A stretch of 63,597 nucleotides of DNA, filler included, from Octopus bimaculoides (taxonomy: Eukaryota): assembly GCF_001194135.2 (NCBI RefSeq). It is 11 parts of 11 records of this genome, joined end to end, with 100 filler letters (N's around TTAATTAATTAA, not from the genome) between each part and the next. Parts side by side here need not be neighbours in the genome. Positions count along the whole stretch, not along the records: positions 49,335 to 51,366 come from NC_068988.1; positions 51,467 to 59,917 come from NC_068991.1; positions 60,018 to 61,974 come from NC_068999.1; positions 62,075 to 63,597 come from NC_069009.1; 7 more parts are not named here. One strand, written 5' to 3'. Shown here in pieces: positions 50,470 through 63,597 of the stretch; position 1 is the first letter of the stretch, and each line of letters begins with the position of its first letter. Below the pieces are notes generated by a model. The model was not told the origin of the DNA. It ran no database searches and worked only from the letters and a program-made list of their open reading frames with translations. The translations under genes and the position numbers were made by a program.

Positions 50470-50880
50470 CATACATGTTGGTGTGTTTATGTTCCCGTAA
50501 CTTAGCGGTTCGGTAAAATACCGAAAGAATAAGTACCAGGCTTTAAAAAAGAGAGAGAAAAGTCCTGGGGTCGATTTCTTTGACTAAAAACCTTTGAAGG
50601 TGGTGCCCAGCATGGCTGCAGTTAGATAACTGAAACGGGTAAAAGATAATACATAAAAGATACATGTTTTGTTAAGCTACGAAACAATTGTCGTTAAATA
50701 AGAATTTCCAATGGCCGAATAATCTTTTATACTATATTTCTCTCGTTATTTATAATTTTATATACCCTTATGTTTTCCTTTTGTATCGTACTATGTATTC
50801 TTTGTTTCGTAGATTGATACATTAAGGAGCTTTTTAATGATTAACAATCGGATAAGTTGAATCCATATATTGTGACTTAA

Positions 50881-50994
<114 letters not shown>

Positions 50995-51332
50995 CTGAGA
51001 ATGTGTGTCTGTCTGTGTACCTGTATGTGTGCGTCTCTAAAACTCGAGAATTACCCAACCGACTTCATTCAAATTTTACGCATGCACTACTTAGGGCCCA
51101 TAGAATGTCATGGGCCCAAAAAGTTTTCAATTTCTTGCCTAATGTGGGCCCGGAGCAATCTCTCAGACTGTTTTGGTATTACGTGTCAAAAGTGAAACAA
51201 TAACATCTCTACTGTAATGTGAGACAATAGATTCAGTTTTAATAGTTTCACTACTAATACTTTCACTATGTATATAATATACATAGTGAGACTAGCAAAC
51301 GTGAAACTATTATCTCACATTACATTTATACA

Positions 51333-51366
<34 letters not shown>

Positions 51367-51466
51367 NNNNNNNNNNNNNNNNNNNNNNNNNNNNNNNNNN
51401 NNNNNNNNNNTTAATTAATTAANNNNNNNNNNNNNNNNNNNNNNNNNNNNNNNNNNNNNNNNNNNN

Positions 51467-51703
51467 TGATAGCATAGAAATGTTAGCATGACGGTGCATC
51501 AACGATTGATTTATATATGGGAGCTACGACAGTTTGATAGCATAGAAATGTTAGCATGACGGTGCATCAACGATTGATTTATATATGGGAGCTACGACAG
51601 TTTGATAGCATAGAAATGTTAGCATGACGGTGCATCAACGATTGATTTATATATGGGAGCTACGATAGTTTGATAGCATACAAATGTTAGCATGACGGTG
51701 CAT
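51467..51703. repeat. 68-bp tandem repeat, about 3.5 copies, cut by an assembly spacer
   Basis: Units start at 51467, 51535, 51603 and 51671 and are near-identical. Confidence 0.95.
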
Positions 51704-52589
51704 GCTTTTGAGTGCCTATTGTGATTATTCCACTATAAAATCCTTTTGTGCAGTCTAGCACACACACATACACACACACACACACACGTGTGTGTTTATG
51801 AGGAGTGTTGGTGTATGTATCCGCGTAATATATTAACCGGTATATATAAGCGCTATTTAACCATTATTACAAGTAAAATTTAAGAACGATAAAAACATTT
51901 TGTCAAATTGTAATTGCGCATTTCAATCAATTCCATAACATTATCAAGATTACTGTAGATTATAAAACAATATTATTTTCCAATCATTGTTCAATCGCAT
52001 ATATTTCAGTTTCGCCATTTACTTTTTACGATATAGCATATTTCCCTCCATAAGGTGCATCATAAAATACGGCAATTAAAAAAAAAAACTTTGAACTGTG
52101 CAATCAGATTCCATACAGCCCCTTTCTTTCTATAGCCACGGTAAAATTTTTTGCAGTGAAGACCTTTAAATTTTACCTGAAGCAATAATGCAATGGTTGA
52201 TTAACGATGTATTCAGAATTAGCAATGTATTCAGAATTTATACTTTATAATTTATTTAAAAGATATATTAAAGGAAATGTACAATGATTACGAAATGCTT
52301 ATTAAGCTACTGGGAATGAATTCCAATTCTGTATTATGATATTGCAAGCGATTTTTTTTCTACAACGTTAGGGTGGCCATGGAGAATACTCAATAAAAAC
52401 AGTGCAAAATCAGCACGACAATTCGAAATCAAACGACTCAATTTCTCAACCATTTCCAGCTGTTTTCCTTATACGAATAATAAAAAGTTATGTAACTGCG
52501 ATGCCTTTAAGCAGTGTTTACTTTTGCATGTGACATAAACTAAGAGTTCACCATCGTTACCAAATATAACAAGTATGATCGTACAGCAT

Positions 52590-53195
52590 CATACAACATT
52601 ATTGTGTCCTAGCATGTGTGCTACCTCTTTTAGTTTTCATATTTTCCAGTCGTGTTCTCTGTCTATTAGTTTAACTTCATCCCACAGGGGAAGGTGGTCT
52701 CCGTTTTTCCGTTCATGATCAGCTATACCCGACTTTTCAAAATCTCTTGTCGCAGCTTTGCGTTGTCCCTCTACCCTTATTTTGAGTGGACAGCATGTTT
52801 CGCCTTTGTAAAACTTACCACAACTGCATGAGATGGATTACTCGCAGTTTTTGGTCATATTCTCTTCTATTGGTGGTTTTACTCGGAGAAAATATTTGCG
52901 AAGTGTTGTATTACTCTTGAATACCATCCTGATGCCATATGGACTGCATATCTTTTGTATCTTTTCCGAGAGACCTTTTACATTGGGTAGACAGACTGTG
53001 GTCAGTTTATAGGTTTCATCCTCTCTCCTCTTCCTAACTGGAGAGGAAAGTAGGGTTTTGGGGTAGTTGTTGCTTAATAGATTGTTACTGAGCTTGATCA
53101 TTTCTTCGTGGTGTGTATCAGCATCACTACTTATATTCATTGCTCGATGTTTTAGGCACTGAGCAATCCCTCTCTTTACACTGTATGGATGGTGG
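52590..53195 (-). mobile_element. Penelope-like element fragment (RT thumb/linker plus GIY-YIG endonuclease)
   Basis: HPYSVKRGIAQCLKHRA...EEMIKL...NNYP...LPNVKGLSEKIQKI...GIRMVFKSNTTLR, then after a frameshift SISCSCGKFYKGET...KSGIADH...WDEVKLI...KLKE. Standard PLE motifs with stops. Confidence 0.85.
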
Positions 53196-53455
53196 CATAT
53201 AGTGTAATGGTTCAGAGCGCAGGCGACTAACCCCAAGATTGCGAGTTCAATTTCAGCAGTGCCTTGAATAAATAATAATGATAATAATGATAACATCAGC
53301 AAAAATGACCTTACGGATAAGAACCCAGAGTTGGGATCAAAATTCTACCAGGACACCTGATGAAGGCTGAAAAGTAAATCAGCCGAAACGTTGTGGTAAA
53401 AACAAAGAAGATGAGGACACATATCCGTCAAATGTAAATAATGTAAATAATGTAC
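53190..53455 (+). mobile_element. tRNA-headed SINE-like element carrying a hammerhead ribozyme
   Basis: A-box-like TAGTGTAATGG (53200-10), B-box-like GAGTTCAATTTC (53243-54), (AAT)n spacer, HHR, then (AATGTAAAT)n tail. Confidence 0.6.
53352..53397 (+). ncRNA. Minimal type I hammerhead ribozyme (PLE type)
   Basis: GACAC | CTGATGA (53357-63) | A | GGCTGA/TCAGCC | GAAA (53385-88) | ACGT palindrome | GUU triplet | GTGGT (4 of 5 pairs). Confidence 0.75.
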
Positions 53456-56400
53456 TAGAATATATTCCCGATATATTGAAATTTAAAAGAAGTTTATTAT
53501 GTTGACGCGACTAGTTAAGGAGAGCTCAATATCAGTTTGCATAACATTTTCGGCAAAAATTTCTTTAAAAACTGTTATTTGTGTACAAGTGTATANNNNN
53601 NNNNNNNNNNNNNNNNNNNNNNNNNNNNNNNNNNNNNNNNNNNNNNNNNNNNNNNNNNNNNNNNNNNNNNNNNNNNNNNNNNNNNNNNNNNNNNNNNNNN
53701 NNNNNNNNNNNNNNNNNNNNNNNNNNNNNNNNNNNNNNNNNNNNNNNNNNNNNNNNNNNNNNNNNNNNNNNNNNNNNNNNNNNNNNNNNNNNNNNNNNNN
53801 NNNNNNNNNNNNNNNNNNNNNNNNNNNNNNNNNNNNNNNNNNNNNNNNNNNNNNNNNNNNNNNNNNNNNNNNNNNNNNNNNNNNNNNNNNNNNNNNNNNN
53901 NNNNNNNNNNNNNNNNNNNNNNNNNNNNNNNNNNNNNNNNNNNNNNNNNNNNNNNNNNNNNNNNNNNNNNNNNNNNNNNNNNNNNNNNNNNNNNNNNNNN
54001 NNNNNNNNNNNNNNNNNNNNNNNNNNNNNNNNNNNNNNNNNNNNNNNNNNNNNNNNNNNNNNNNNNNNNNNNNNNNNNNNNNNNNNNNNNNNNNNNNNNN
54101 NNNNNNNNNNNNNNNNNNNNNNNNNNNNNNNNNNNNNNNNNNNNNNNNNNNNNNNNNNNNNNNNNNNNNNNNNNNNNNNNNNNNNNNNNNNNNNNNNNNN
54201 NNNNNNNNNNNNNNNNNNNNNNNNNNNNNNNNNNNNNNNNNNNNNNNNNNNNNNNNNNNNNNNNNNNNNNNNNNNNNNNNNNNNNNNNNATATATATATA
54301 TATATATATATATAATATTTATGTATATATGAATATGAAAATATATATGTACATATATGTGTGTGTTTATGTATGTGTATACATTATTGTATACTTTTAA
54401 AAATGAACTGGTGCCCGAGCAAATAACAAATATTCTTATTAAACCAATTTCGTTTACAAATATTTCTTCTTTTTTAAGATAGTGGGGGGGCGCCTCATTG
54501 TGGATTTGGGAAATTAGTTTTATGAAGAATATTTCGTGCGATATTCCAAGTTCGTACAAGACAAAGCCCAGGGGATACATTTACAGATTATCAGCGTGCA
54601 TTTTGTAACAACTATATAGAATGTGGATAATGAGATACGCTCACAGAAAAGCAACTCCGTAATTCTATGGAACAATAGCATATTTTCTTTCTTTTAACAC
54701 TATTTTAATGTAAACGTTCCTTTCATGTTAGATGAAAGTGTGTGATACGACTCTCGGGTTATGAATGTTTTATGCTATTTCCCGCAGTAGAGTTGTCAAA
54801 TAGACTAAATATTCCTTAGGTGTACGTTGAATTATCATTGTTATCTTCAAATCCTGCTGTTAATGTGTGTTCAATGGAAATAAAGAAATTTGAAGACGAA
54901 GAAAGAAAATTAATGATGTAATATACTTTATCGATCGTAAAAGGCATAACAATACTTTCTATAAGACTTTCTATAAGAGTAATACATTCACATATACACA
55001 TATGCATTGCTCTGTCTTTGAATATATATTATACGTACATACATACATAAACACATATTTAGATAGATAGATACATACATAAAGATACACAAACACACGC
55101 ATTCTTTATACACCCACCTATAAACACAAGTTTATGTTATATAATATATCAGATAGCATGGACACAATATATGTTTTCCACCTTTTCACCTTTTACTATG
55201 ATATACATACGACAATTATCCTTTTTATTAGGATAATCTCAACAATGTTTCGACTGCAGGTAAAAAAAAAATATACAAACAAAACATTTGAATTGAAATA
55301 TGGAATCCTTGAAACACCATATAAATAGAATTATCTACATTGGCATGTAGTTGTATGGAACGGGAAAACACATTATTTGCTCTCAGGAACGGATCATGTG
55401 TAGGTTTCGAAGAAAATTAATTTTTCCATTTTTATGTTTTTGAATTTTCAAGGGGGGAAACATTGCTGGTGTTGCTGTTAAGAAGTTTGCATTGGACGAA
55501 AGAACTTCTGGATTGAATCCCTGCTGAGTGCATTGTGCGTTAAGCCAATGATTACCACTGCAGTCTCGGTTAACTGATGGCTTTTCATGGGAATTCAGTT
55601 GACGGAAATTACGCGGAATGCTCGTATCCTTGTGTATGTGTATGTAAACATATTTTTCTTTACTAGTTTCAAAACTCGAGAGCTGCGGCCATGATGGGCA
55701 CCGCCGTTAGCTTTGGTACATTTTCACTGCTTGACACCTCCTCTGATATGTGGCATATGTATAGACATGCATGCACCCATGCATATATATACACAAACAC
55801 GCATAGACAAACAGAGTTGCAGTTTGCTCGAATGGTCGGAAAGCTCGATTCTGAAACGCAAAGTCACAGATTTATTATCTTCGCGGGATATCGTCAGCAA
55901 ACATAGTTTTATACAACATGGATTCTACTTCTTTGTATATAAGTAGAATCTAAGGAGAAATTTATAGAAGCTCTGTTGATGGATTGAGCGTCTAATTCAA
56001 CCTTGCTCTCAATATATCAAGTTGATTCTACCGGAGAACTGTGTTAAGTGAACACGAATACGTAGCATTTCCGTGCAATGTTCTGCCAATGAAATGTTCG
56101 TTTAGTGAGCAAGTTAATCAGTTTATCGAAAAATTGCATACACATCGTTGCAAATGACGGAGAGCCGTCCTTGTTTCCCAAATACGTATATGCATAAATA
56201 AGCACCCATCCGCCATCACACACAGACATATCAGTTGGTAGAAAGAGGCAGTCAGAAGCATAGCAAAATTTGTTACATCAGAAGAGCAACAAATACGTTG
56301 TCTGACATGATGAAATGCTCTGCATCTCAGTTACTTGTATCTGATTTTATAAATAAACATGAAACCATTGTTATGATAACCTGTACCAGAATATGTTTAA

Positions 56401-56657
56401 GTAATTGACAAATCCTGGCACCAGAAAGATTAAAAACTGGATATGTTGTAGAGAGCGTTCAAAGAATCGCTAACCTGATTAAAGAGATAAAGATGCCGGT
56501 CTCTGCCATCCTTCTTTTCTTTCACTAAATATCGTTAAGGTGCAGCATGCTTCAGTGTCGTTTCCTGTCACAATAATTATTCGTTTTGTTTCGCTAATCT
56601 GATTATGTAGGAGTGCATATTAACTTCGGTGACACGTACGTATGTCGGTATATGTGC

Positions 56658-56695
<38 letters not shown>

Positions 56696-57940
56696 NNNNN
56701 NNNNNNNNNNNNNNNNNNNNNNNNNNNNNNNNNNNNNNNNNNNNNNNNNNNNNNNNNNNNNNNNNNNNNNNNNNNNNNNNNNNNNNNNNNNNNNNNNNNN
56801 NNNNNNNNNNNNNNNNNNNNNNNNNNNNNNNNNNNNNNNNNNNNNNNNNNNNNNNNNNNNNNNNNNNNNNNNNNNNNNNNNNNNNNNNNNNNNNNNNNNN
56901 NNNNNNNNNNNNNNNNNNNNNNNNNNNNNNNNNNNNNNNNNNNNNNNNNNNNNNNNNNNNNNNNNNNNNNNNNNNNNNNNNNNNNNNNNNNNNNNNNNNN
57001 NNNNNNNNNNNNNNNNNNNNNNNNNNNNNNNNNNNNNNNNNNNNNNNNNNNNNNNNNNNNNNNNNNNNNNNNNNNNNNNNNNNNNNNNNNNNNNNNNNNN
57101 NNNNNNNNNNNNNNNNNNNNNNNNNNNNNNNNNNNNNNNNNNNNNNNNNNNNNNNNNNNNNNNNATCTTATATATATACATGCATATGTGTTGTAGTAGT
57201 AGTAGTAGTAGTAGTAATAGTAGTAGTAGTAGTAGTCGTAGTAGTAAAAGTAGTGGTAGGGGTATTTTTTTTTATTATCAGAGTATAAATATTGATATAT
57301 TTAGAGGTGTTGGCAGAAGCAGGGTGATGTCAGTTTAAAGTTGTTGAAGCTTAGATGTAACTCCAGGTTGACATGTTTATTCAGGTTTTAAAATCTAAAT
57401 TAATAAAAGGGTTAGAGTTTAAATTTAACCAGTTAAAGTTTCTAAAGTTAGCATTAAGGTAAATTAAAACATAAAGGATTCGAATAAACTTGCAGAGTAA
57501 CGTGTTATACCATAGCACTTATAATGATGATGACAACATCAACATCATCAATATCCTTTCTACTATAGGCACAGAGCCTGAAATCTAGATGTTGGGGACA
57601 AGTCAATTACATCGATCCCAGTGCTGAACTGGTACTTAATTTATCGACTCTGAAATGATAAAAGGCAAAATCGACCTCAGTGGAATTTGTCAACATCAAT
57701 AACACCAATAAAGAATAAAATTATCTTCCAAAATAATAACAGAAATAACAATACCAATAATCACAGGGTAATAATAAACCGAAGCATATATATATATATA
57801 TATATATTAAAACATAACACAAAGGATGTTTTAATTGTATGTTTTAATTTTACGTTTTTAATATATTCTTTCACCTCGGCCACTGTCTGGCATATACAGG
57901 TGCTTACAATTATCAAGTATTACCTCTAAAATTTGCAATA

Positions 57941-58006
<66 letters not shown>

Positions 58007-58671
58007 TGTATATATATATGCGTGCATGTGTATGTGTTTGTATATGTGTATCGATATATTTGTGTGTATGTGTGTGTGCGTGTGCGCGTGTGTGTGTGTA
58101 TGTGTGTGTATACAGAGAAAATGAAATCAAGGAGTGACAGAGAGCCTGGGCGTGATAACAATTACAGTAGGAGACATTGAGAGAAAGTAAAAAAAAATAT
58201 ATCATATATAGATTGAGAATATACACGGAAAGAAAGAATCTGTTTTGTTTAAATGCATCTGTTATAATGATAATTGATGGCACGATAAGTAAACTAGACA
58301 TTTCTCTCTCAAGGACAGTTACGTGTCGAGCGAGCGAGTCGACAGGAGCTAAAGAGAAACATGGTTAAAAGAGACAAACAAATGTTAAGCGCATCATATA
58401 AATATTAAGGTCAAGGAAAAACTATCTGATCAGAATAATTCAGTTTGCCTTAGTGTTGGCCACGATTTTTTAGTTGAAGAAACTCGTCAAACACTGCAAG
58501 TTTCATTGCTTTGCTCTCTGTGAGAGCATTAGTTTAGAATTTCGTTTTTGTTTTTAATAATTATATAGAGAAACAATCAATAAAGTATTGCAAATCTATG
58601 CCAGAAAATCTATCTATCTATCTATCTATCTATCTATATATATATATATATAAATATGTGTGTGTGTGTGT

Positions 58672-58703
<32 letters not shown>

Positions 58704-59381
58704 ATTTGTATTTATGTGTGTATCACATCATTTAAACATCCAACAATTCCACTGCACTGCAGAATTCCACATCTGAAATATCAATTCGAGTGAACACATG
58801 GATAAGACTCAGCTGGCGAATTGGAAAATACCACCTTTTCCGGATTCAACCGCCGTATCAAATACTATAGGCTGCAATCCATTCAGGCTTCTAAATTCAC
58901 GGTCGAAGAGGACATAACTCTAATTTTCCACCTCTTTTAAATCTTTTCCATTTGTCTTCCGGTGTTTTCAACCTTCCACGTTTTACATCTACTTTCTTCT
59001 CGTCTTTTCTCGGACTTGCTCCCATTGCATCGTTCTGTTCTAGCTTGCTATGCCATATGGCAGAACATGAAGATTGTGTAGAGGTACACACACACACACA
59101 CATACACAAACACACACGCACACGCTCACACACATGTATATGCGAAAGCATAAACTGTTTCAATGATATTTTCTGTATTGTTTCTGAAGGAGTGTCGTTC
59201 GCATATTTGTGGACCGGTATACTTAAGTAATATTGTAAGACTTATAATGTATTACAGTTTGATCATAACACGAACTGATATTTGCGCCAGTATGTATGTC
59301 CATCAGCGTCTTACGTATACATGTATCTATGCATTATATACAGCGACACACTCAAATATTTAGTTTTATATATATGTATGA

Positions 59382-59432
<51 letters not shown>

Positions 59433-59444
59433 TAGATAAATATT

Positions 59445-59506
<62 letters not shown>

Positions 59507-59879
59507 CAGAAAATATTTAAATGCAAGTATCGTAATAATGCTTTAATTCCAAAATTTGCAATGTAGCAATTTAGCATTTTCCTTCCAATATTATCTTCAC
59601 TTTGTATGCATTCAATCAACAATTTCCGTCTTCGGGCTTCCACCTTTACTTACGATTCTGTTCCTACATTAAGTTGTCAAATTCTGAATTGTAATTCCTT
59701 TGTTCTTTATGTTTGATGCTTTCGTTCGTAATCTTCCAAATATATTTATATTTGTTATTATCTCGAATGCATCTTTACGTAGAATAGTTTACTTTTACAT
59801 ACATTAAATGCAATCAGACACATGCATGCAGACATAGATGGAATCGACGGTAAGCTGGAAGAAGCACGTCAGGCGTCAG

Positions 59880-59917
<38 letters not shown>

Positions 59918-62902
59918 NNNNNNNNNNNNNNNNNNNNNNNNNNNNNNNNNNNNNNNNNNNNTTAATTAATTAANNNNNNNNNNNNNNNNNNNNNNNNNNN
60001 NNNNNNNNNNNNNNNNNAGTCATTTTCACTTTAAAATATTTTTTAAATATGCAAAAAAAGTTTGTAATGGTATTCACTTGAAAATAATTAAAAAAAAAAT
60101 TAAAACATTGTCTGTTTCAAGAAAGCTAAAATATAAATACTGTATAAACAACTTACATTTATGAAATCACATTCACTTAAAAATATTTCTAAATGATTAA
60201 AATATTGTGTTTAACAAAAGCGAAAATTGAAACATTTACTGTAAAAAACAAATCGCATTTTTCGTTGTCAAGTCACTGTGTCTAATCGAAAGGTAAGAGT
60301 TTCTTTCCTTTCAGGGTTAAATTATTTTCGGAATATTTTCCCATTATACACTGAAAACGCCTAATATCTCAACAACCACTTGTCCAATTTAAGCGAAATT
60401 TGTTTTATTCCGTTCGTATTTACATTTCAGAGGACACATAATTCATAGTATTTTCTTATTATGCGCCAGTTTGGGTGGGTAACATTGCAAGCAAGCAAGA
60501 TTCAAGCTCACTTTTAATGTATTATAGATATAAATGTGTACATTAACAACCCTTTTAATGAGATTTTTCTTTCTGTTTACCCAAATGAACTTTAGAAGAG
60601 TGTATTAGCGTCAGGAAGACGGCGATAGGTTGGATTAGACAAGTTTACTTCGACAGTTACTGATGTCACCCTAGACGTCTCTCGATATCTAGGGTGACAC
60701 CCAGAAAATCGACATTTGTTAAGTTTGTAGTAATAGTTAAATATAGGCCAAGTTCTTTAAGCAATAGAGAACTGACTCAACCAATTATCAGCTAAATGTG
60801 TTGAATGCCACTTTCTTTATACATGCACATATGCATACAGATATATGCATGTACAAAAACTTACACTGGAACATAGGAATATTAGCGAACAAAAAGTGGG
60901 GGAAGCATAAAATACTAACCACGACTGCTAGCTTCCAAATTAATAGTAAAGTTGACGGATGGTTAAAAACAGATGCATAAGACACTCTCCATTTAAGTCT
61001 CCACCAAGAGACGTATACGCACCATCTCATACGATATATACTCGTACACACACACATACATATGCATAAAAGCCAACCACATTTGCAGAGTAAAGAGACA
61101 TATACATATGCGTAAACACATTTTAAGATGCAAAAATACGTACAAAACATACGCAAACACATATTCATACATTTGTAACCATATGTTTGCATGAATATTT
61201 TCACAAATCCCTGGAACTATCTTCACTCAAACAATGTCGTCTCACGTTGCTTGTGACCGGTTTTAAACCTTGCCAATTTACACACACATATACGCACACA
61301 CACACACACACACACACTCACACACATTCTTACACACACACACATACACATACACCCCTATCCACACACAATATATATATGTAAACGTAATATAAAAAAT
61401 GAAGTTTAATGAAATAAATATAAATCTAAAATGGTTTCTTGGTATAACAACGAAGAGTTTGAGCTTACTAGAGTTTCGATATTGTGAATCCTCACCAGAA
61501 TTTGTTTAATTAATATCGCCGTAGTATCCAGAGTGAGTAGCTCAAAATAACATAATATAACCCTCTGAACCCGCCAGGCCGGTTTTCCAGCCTGAGCGAA
61601 TACTATATATACCCGCTAGGCCGCTAACTATTTAACCAATAAAAGACCATTTTACATCGCAGTTTAGATTTCTATTTGCGGCTGAACTTCCGAGAAGAAG
61701 CTTCAAGAACTTTTTAGACTTAAATTCCAGAAGTTTTAGTATGAAGGAAATTGAGTATCAATCATAATCCAGGAACGCGTCTACTGTTAACCGTCGGAAT
61801 GGTTAGTTTTTCATTGTTTTTTTTTCTTCTTGTTTTTGCCTTTGTGAGTTACAAGTGATGCTATCTGTGGGATTCTCAGCTTTTTTAGCTGCTATTTCTG
61901 AACTTCGGTATATGGTGAAGCAAATATTTGCTGATCCCTTAATTATGTTTATTATATTATATATATATATATATNNNNNNNNNNNNNNNNNNNNNNNNNN
62001 NNNNNNNNNNNNNNNNNNTTAATTAATTAANNNNNNNNNNNNNNNNNNNNNNNNNNNNNNNNNNNNNNNNNNNNCGGTCAACACAGCGTCGCGCATGGAG
62101 TCAACCGGACAGCGTGAGTATTGGGTGTGTGTATGTGCCTGTGTGTTTGTGTGTGTGTGTGTATGTGCCTGTGTGTTTGTGTGTGTGTGTGTATGTGCCT
62201 GTGTGTTTGTGTGTGTGTGTGTATTTGTGTGTGTGTGTGTTTGTTTGTGTTTGTGTGTGTTTGTTTGTTTGTGTGCGAGTGTGTGTTTGTTTGTGTATGT
62301 GTGTGTGTGTTTGTTTGTGTTTGTGTGTGTGTGCGTGCATGTGTATGTGTATGTGTGTGATATGCACATTTATGTGCATATGTGCCTGGTAATATATGTG
62401 TGTGTTTGTGTGAGTGAAAGTATTACCTCTCTGACCTATCCATCTACTTCTCGTTGCAGCCCTTAAAATCCACTGTTCCCAACAATGTAAGGAGTTATTA
62501 GACCAGCTTGGTGGTTATGAGGTCGAAGAACGTGGTATAGTACATCTGAAGGTGAGTCACACTGACAAGGGTTCAATTCCCTGTTGCTTTTACCCATATT
62601 TCTCTACGTGTGGGTGTGTGTCTTAGCTTTTAGCTCTCCAATGGACTGTGAGTGGGCAGAGCATTTTTGTTCAGTTTTCTAAACGTGAGAAAAATAAGTA
62701 GAGGTGAAAATTTTGCTTTTGTACCCAACGAAAACTTTTTGTACCCCACAAAAAAGATTTTGTACCCCACAAAAAAATAGGCAGAGAGCCTTCTCCAAAT
62801 AACCCAAACGTTGCCTTCCTCCGGGCTCCACTTGGACCGACCCCCATATCATCCCAAAACGTATTGTGCCACATCTTGCCTGGTCTTCCACTTGGTTTTT
62901 AA

Positions 62903-63123
62903 CCCTTTAGTGTTCGAATTATTTTCTCAATTGTGATGTTTGTTTGTTTATATTGTTTTGAATTAATCATGCATTATATTGCAGCTTAGAGATTTCAGTG
63001 ATGTGATTTTTTTAGTTTGAGAATGACATGGTCGGGCTGAGGTGAGAGGCCAGATCAGGTCAGTTTCACTATAAAACAGGTTAAATATTTTGACCGGATA
63101 TGGCCGGTTTGAATGCTAAAGGG
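62903..63123. mobile_element. TTAA-flanked piggyBac-type MITE
   Basis: TTAA|CCCTTTAG ... CTAAAGGG|TTAA, 221 bp. Confidence 0.75.
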
Positions 63124-63126
63124 TTA

Positions 63127-63290
63127 AATTCTCCTTCCAGTGTCCATTTGATCATGGTAATAGCATGTTTCTCCTGCAGTAATCGAAACACATGGTCAGT
63201 CAACCATATCCACCACTTAGTCACCATGTCCTGCAAATTTCCCATGTTCGTTCTTTTCATCACCTCTTTGTTTCTAAGTCCCTCCTGATA
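63127..63290 (-). mobile_element. RTE-like LINE C-terminal fragment
   Basis: LRNKEVMKRT...VTKWWIWLTDHVFRL...IKWTLEG resembles NEEVxxR...KRRWxWxGHVxR...W.PxG. Confidence 0.6.
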
Positions 63291-63597
63291 AGAGATGCAC
63301 AGGAGTGGGGTGGGGGGAGCACTACGCAACTGGTACTTAATTTATTGACCCCGAAAAGATAAAAAGCAAAGTCGACCTCGGCGGAATTTGAACTCAGAAC
63401 GTAACGGCAGACAAAATACCGCTAAGCATTTCGCCCGGCGCGCTAGCGTTTCTGCCAGCTCGCCGTCTTCATGTGCATATATGTGTGTGCGTGTGTACAT
63501 GCATATGTGTGTGTGTGTGTGGTGATGGTGTTGATGATGATGATGATGATGGTGATGATGGTAACAGTATTGCTGTTGCTCTATTCAATATATGTTT

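Noticed and set aside
53190-53260. tRNA genes (also the heads of SINE families A, B, C and E)
   Set aside because: Only A/B boxes are retained and the cloverleaf and acceptor stem are degenerate, so these are SINE heads.
58897-59163. Lys/Arg-rich minus-strand ORF
   Set aside because: It starts in a (TG)n repeat, has no recognisable domain and has no phase-compatible partner exon.
61500-61850. GC-enriched patch with TATA-like and CCAAT motifs and possible donors (gttagt, gtgagt)
   Set aside because: Promoter or first-exon status cannot be supported from such short, common motifs without transcript data.

Overview
AT-rich, repeat-dense animal genomic DNA, most likely an Octopus draft assembly. 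That assignment is inferred from remembered tRNA-SINE families and heavy (TA)n/(CA)n load; no search was run. The window has many N gaps, and ten of them are identical 100-bp artificial spacers (44 N + TTAATTAATTAA + 44 N). Two spliced gene fragments can be rebuilt with consistent GT-AG phases. One is the last four exons of a tandem-FAS1 (fasciclin/periostin/TGFBI-like) gene on the minus strand (12729-9274). The other is the last six exons of a FYCO1 orthologue on the plus strand (19224-29690: end of FYVE, acidic linker with LIR motif, GOLD domain). The rest is SINEs, LINE 3' ends (RTE-like, HERO-like), Penelope-like element (PLE) remnants, Tc1/mariner relics, MITEs and satellites. The most interesting signal not captured by the ORF track is a set of six type I hammerhead-ribozyme (HHR) motifs in about five unrelated repeat contexts. 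They include a tRNA-promoter-headed HHR element fused to an inverted PLE fragment, a variant with the core C3-G8 pair swapped to G3-C8 inside an 89-bp inverted duplication, and an HHR with a ~90-nt structured insert in stem II. Nearly all long ORFs in the supplied track are artefacts of N runs and microsatellites. No CRISPR arrays, rRNA genes or bona fide tRNA genes were seen.
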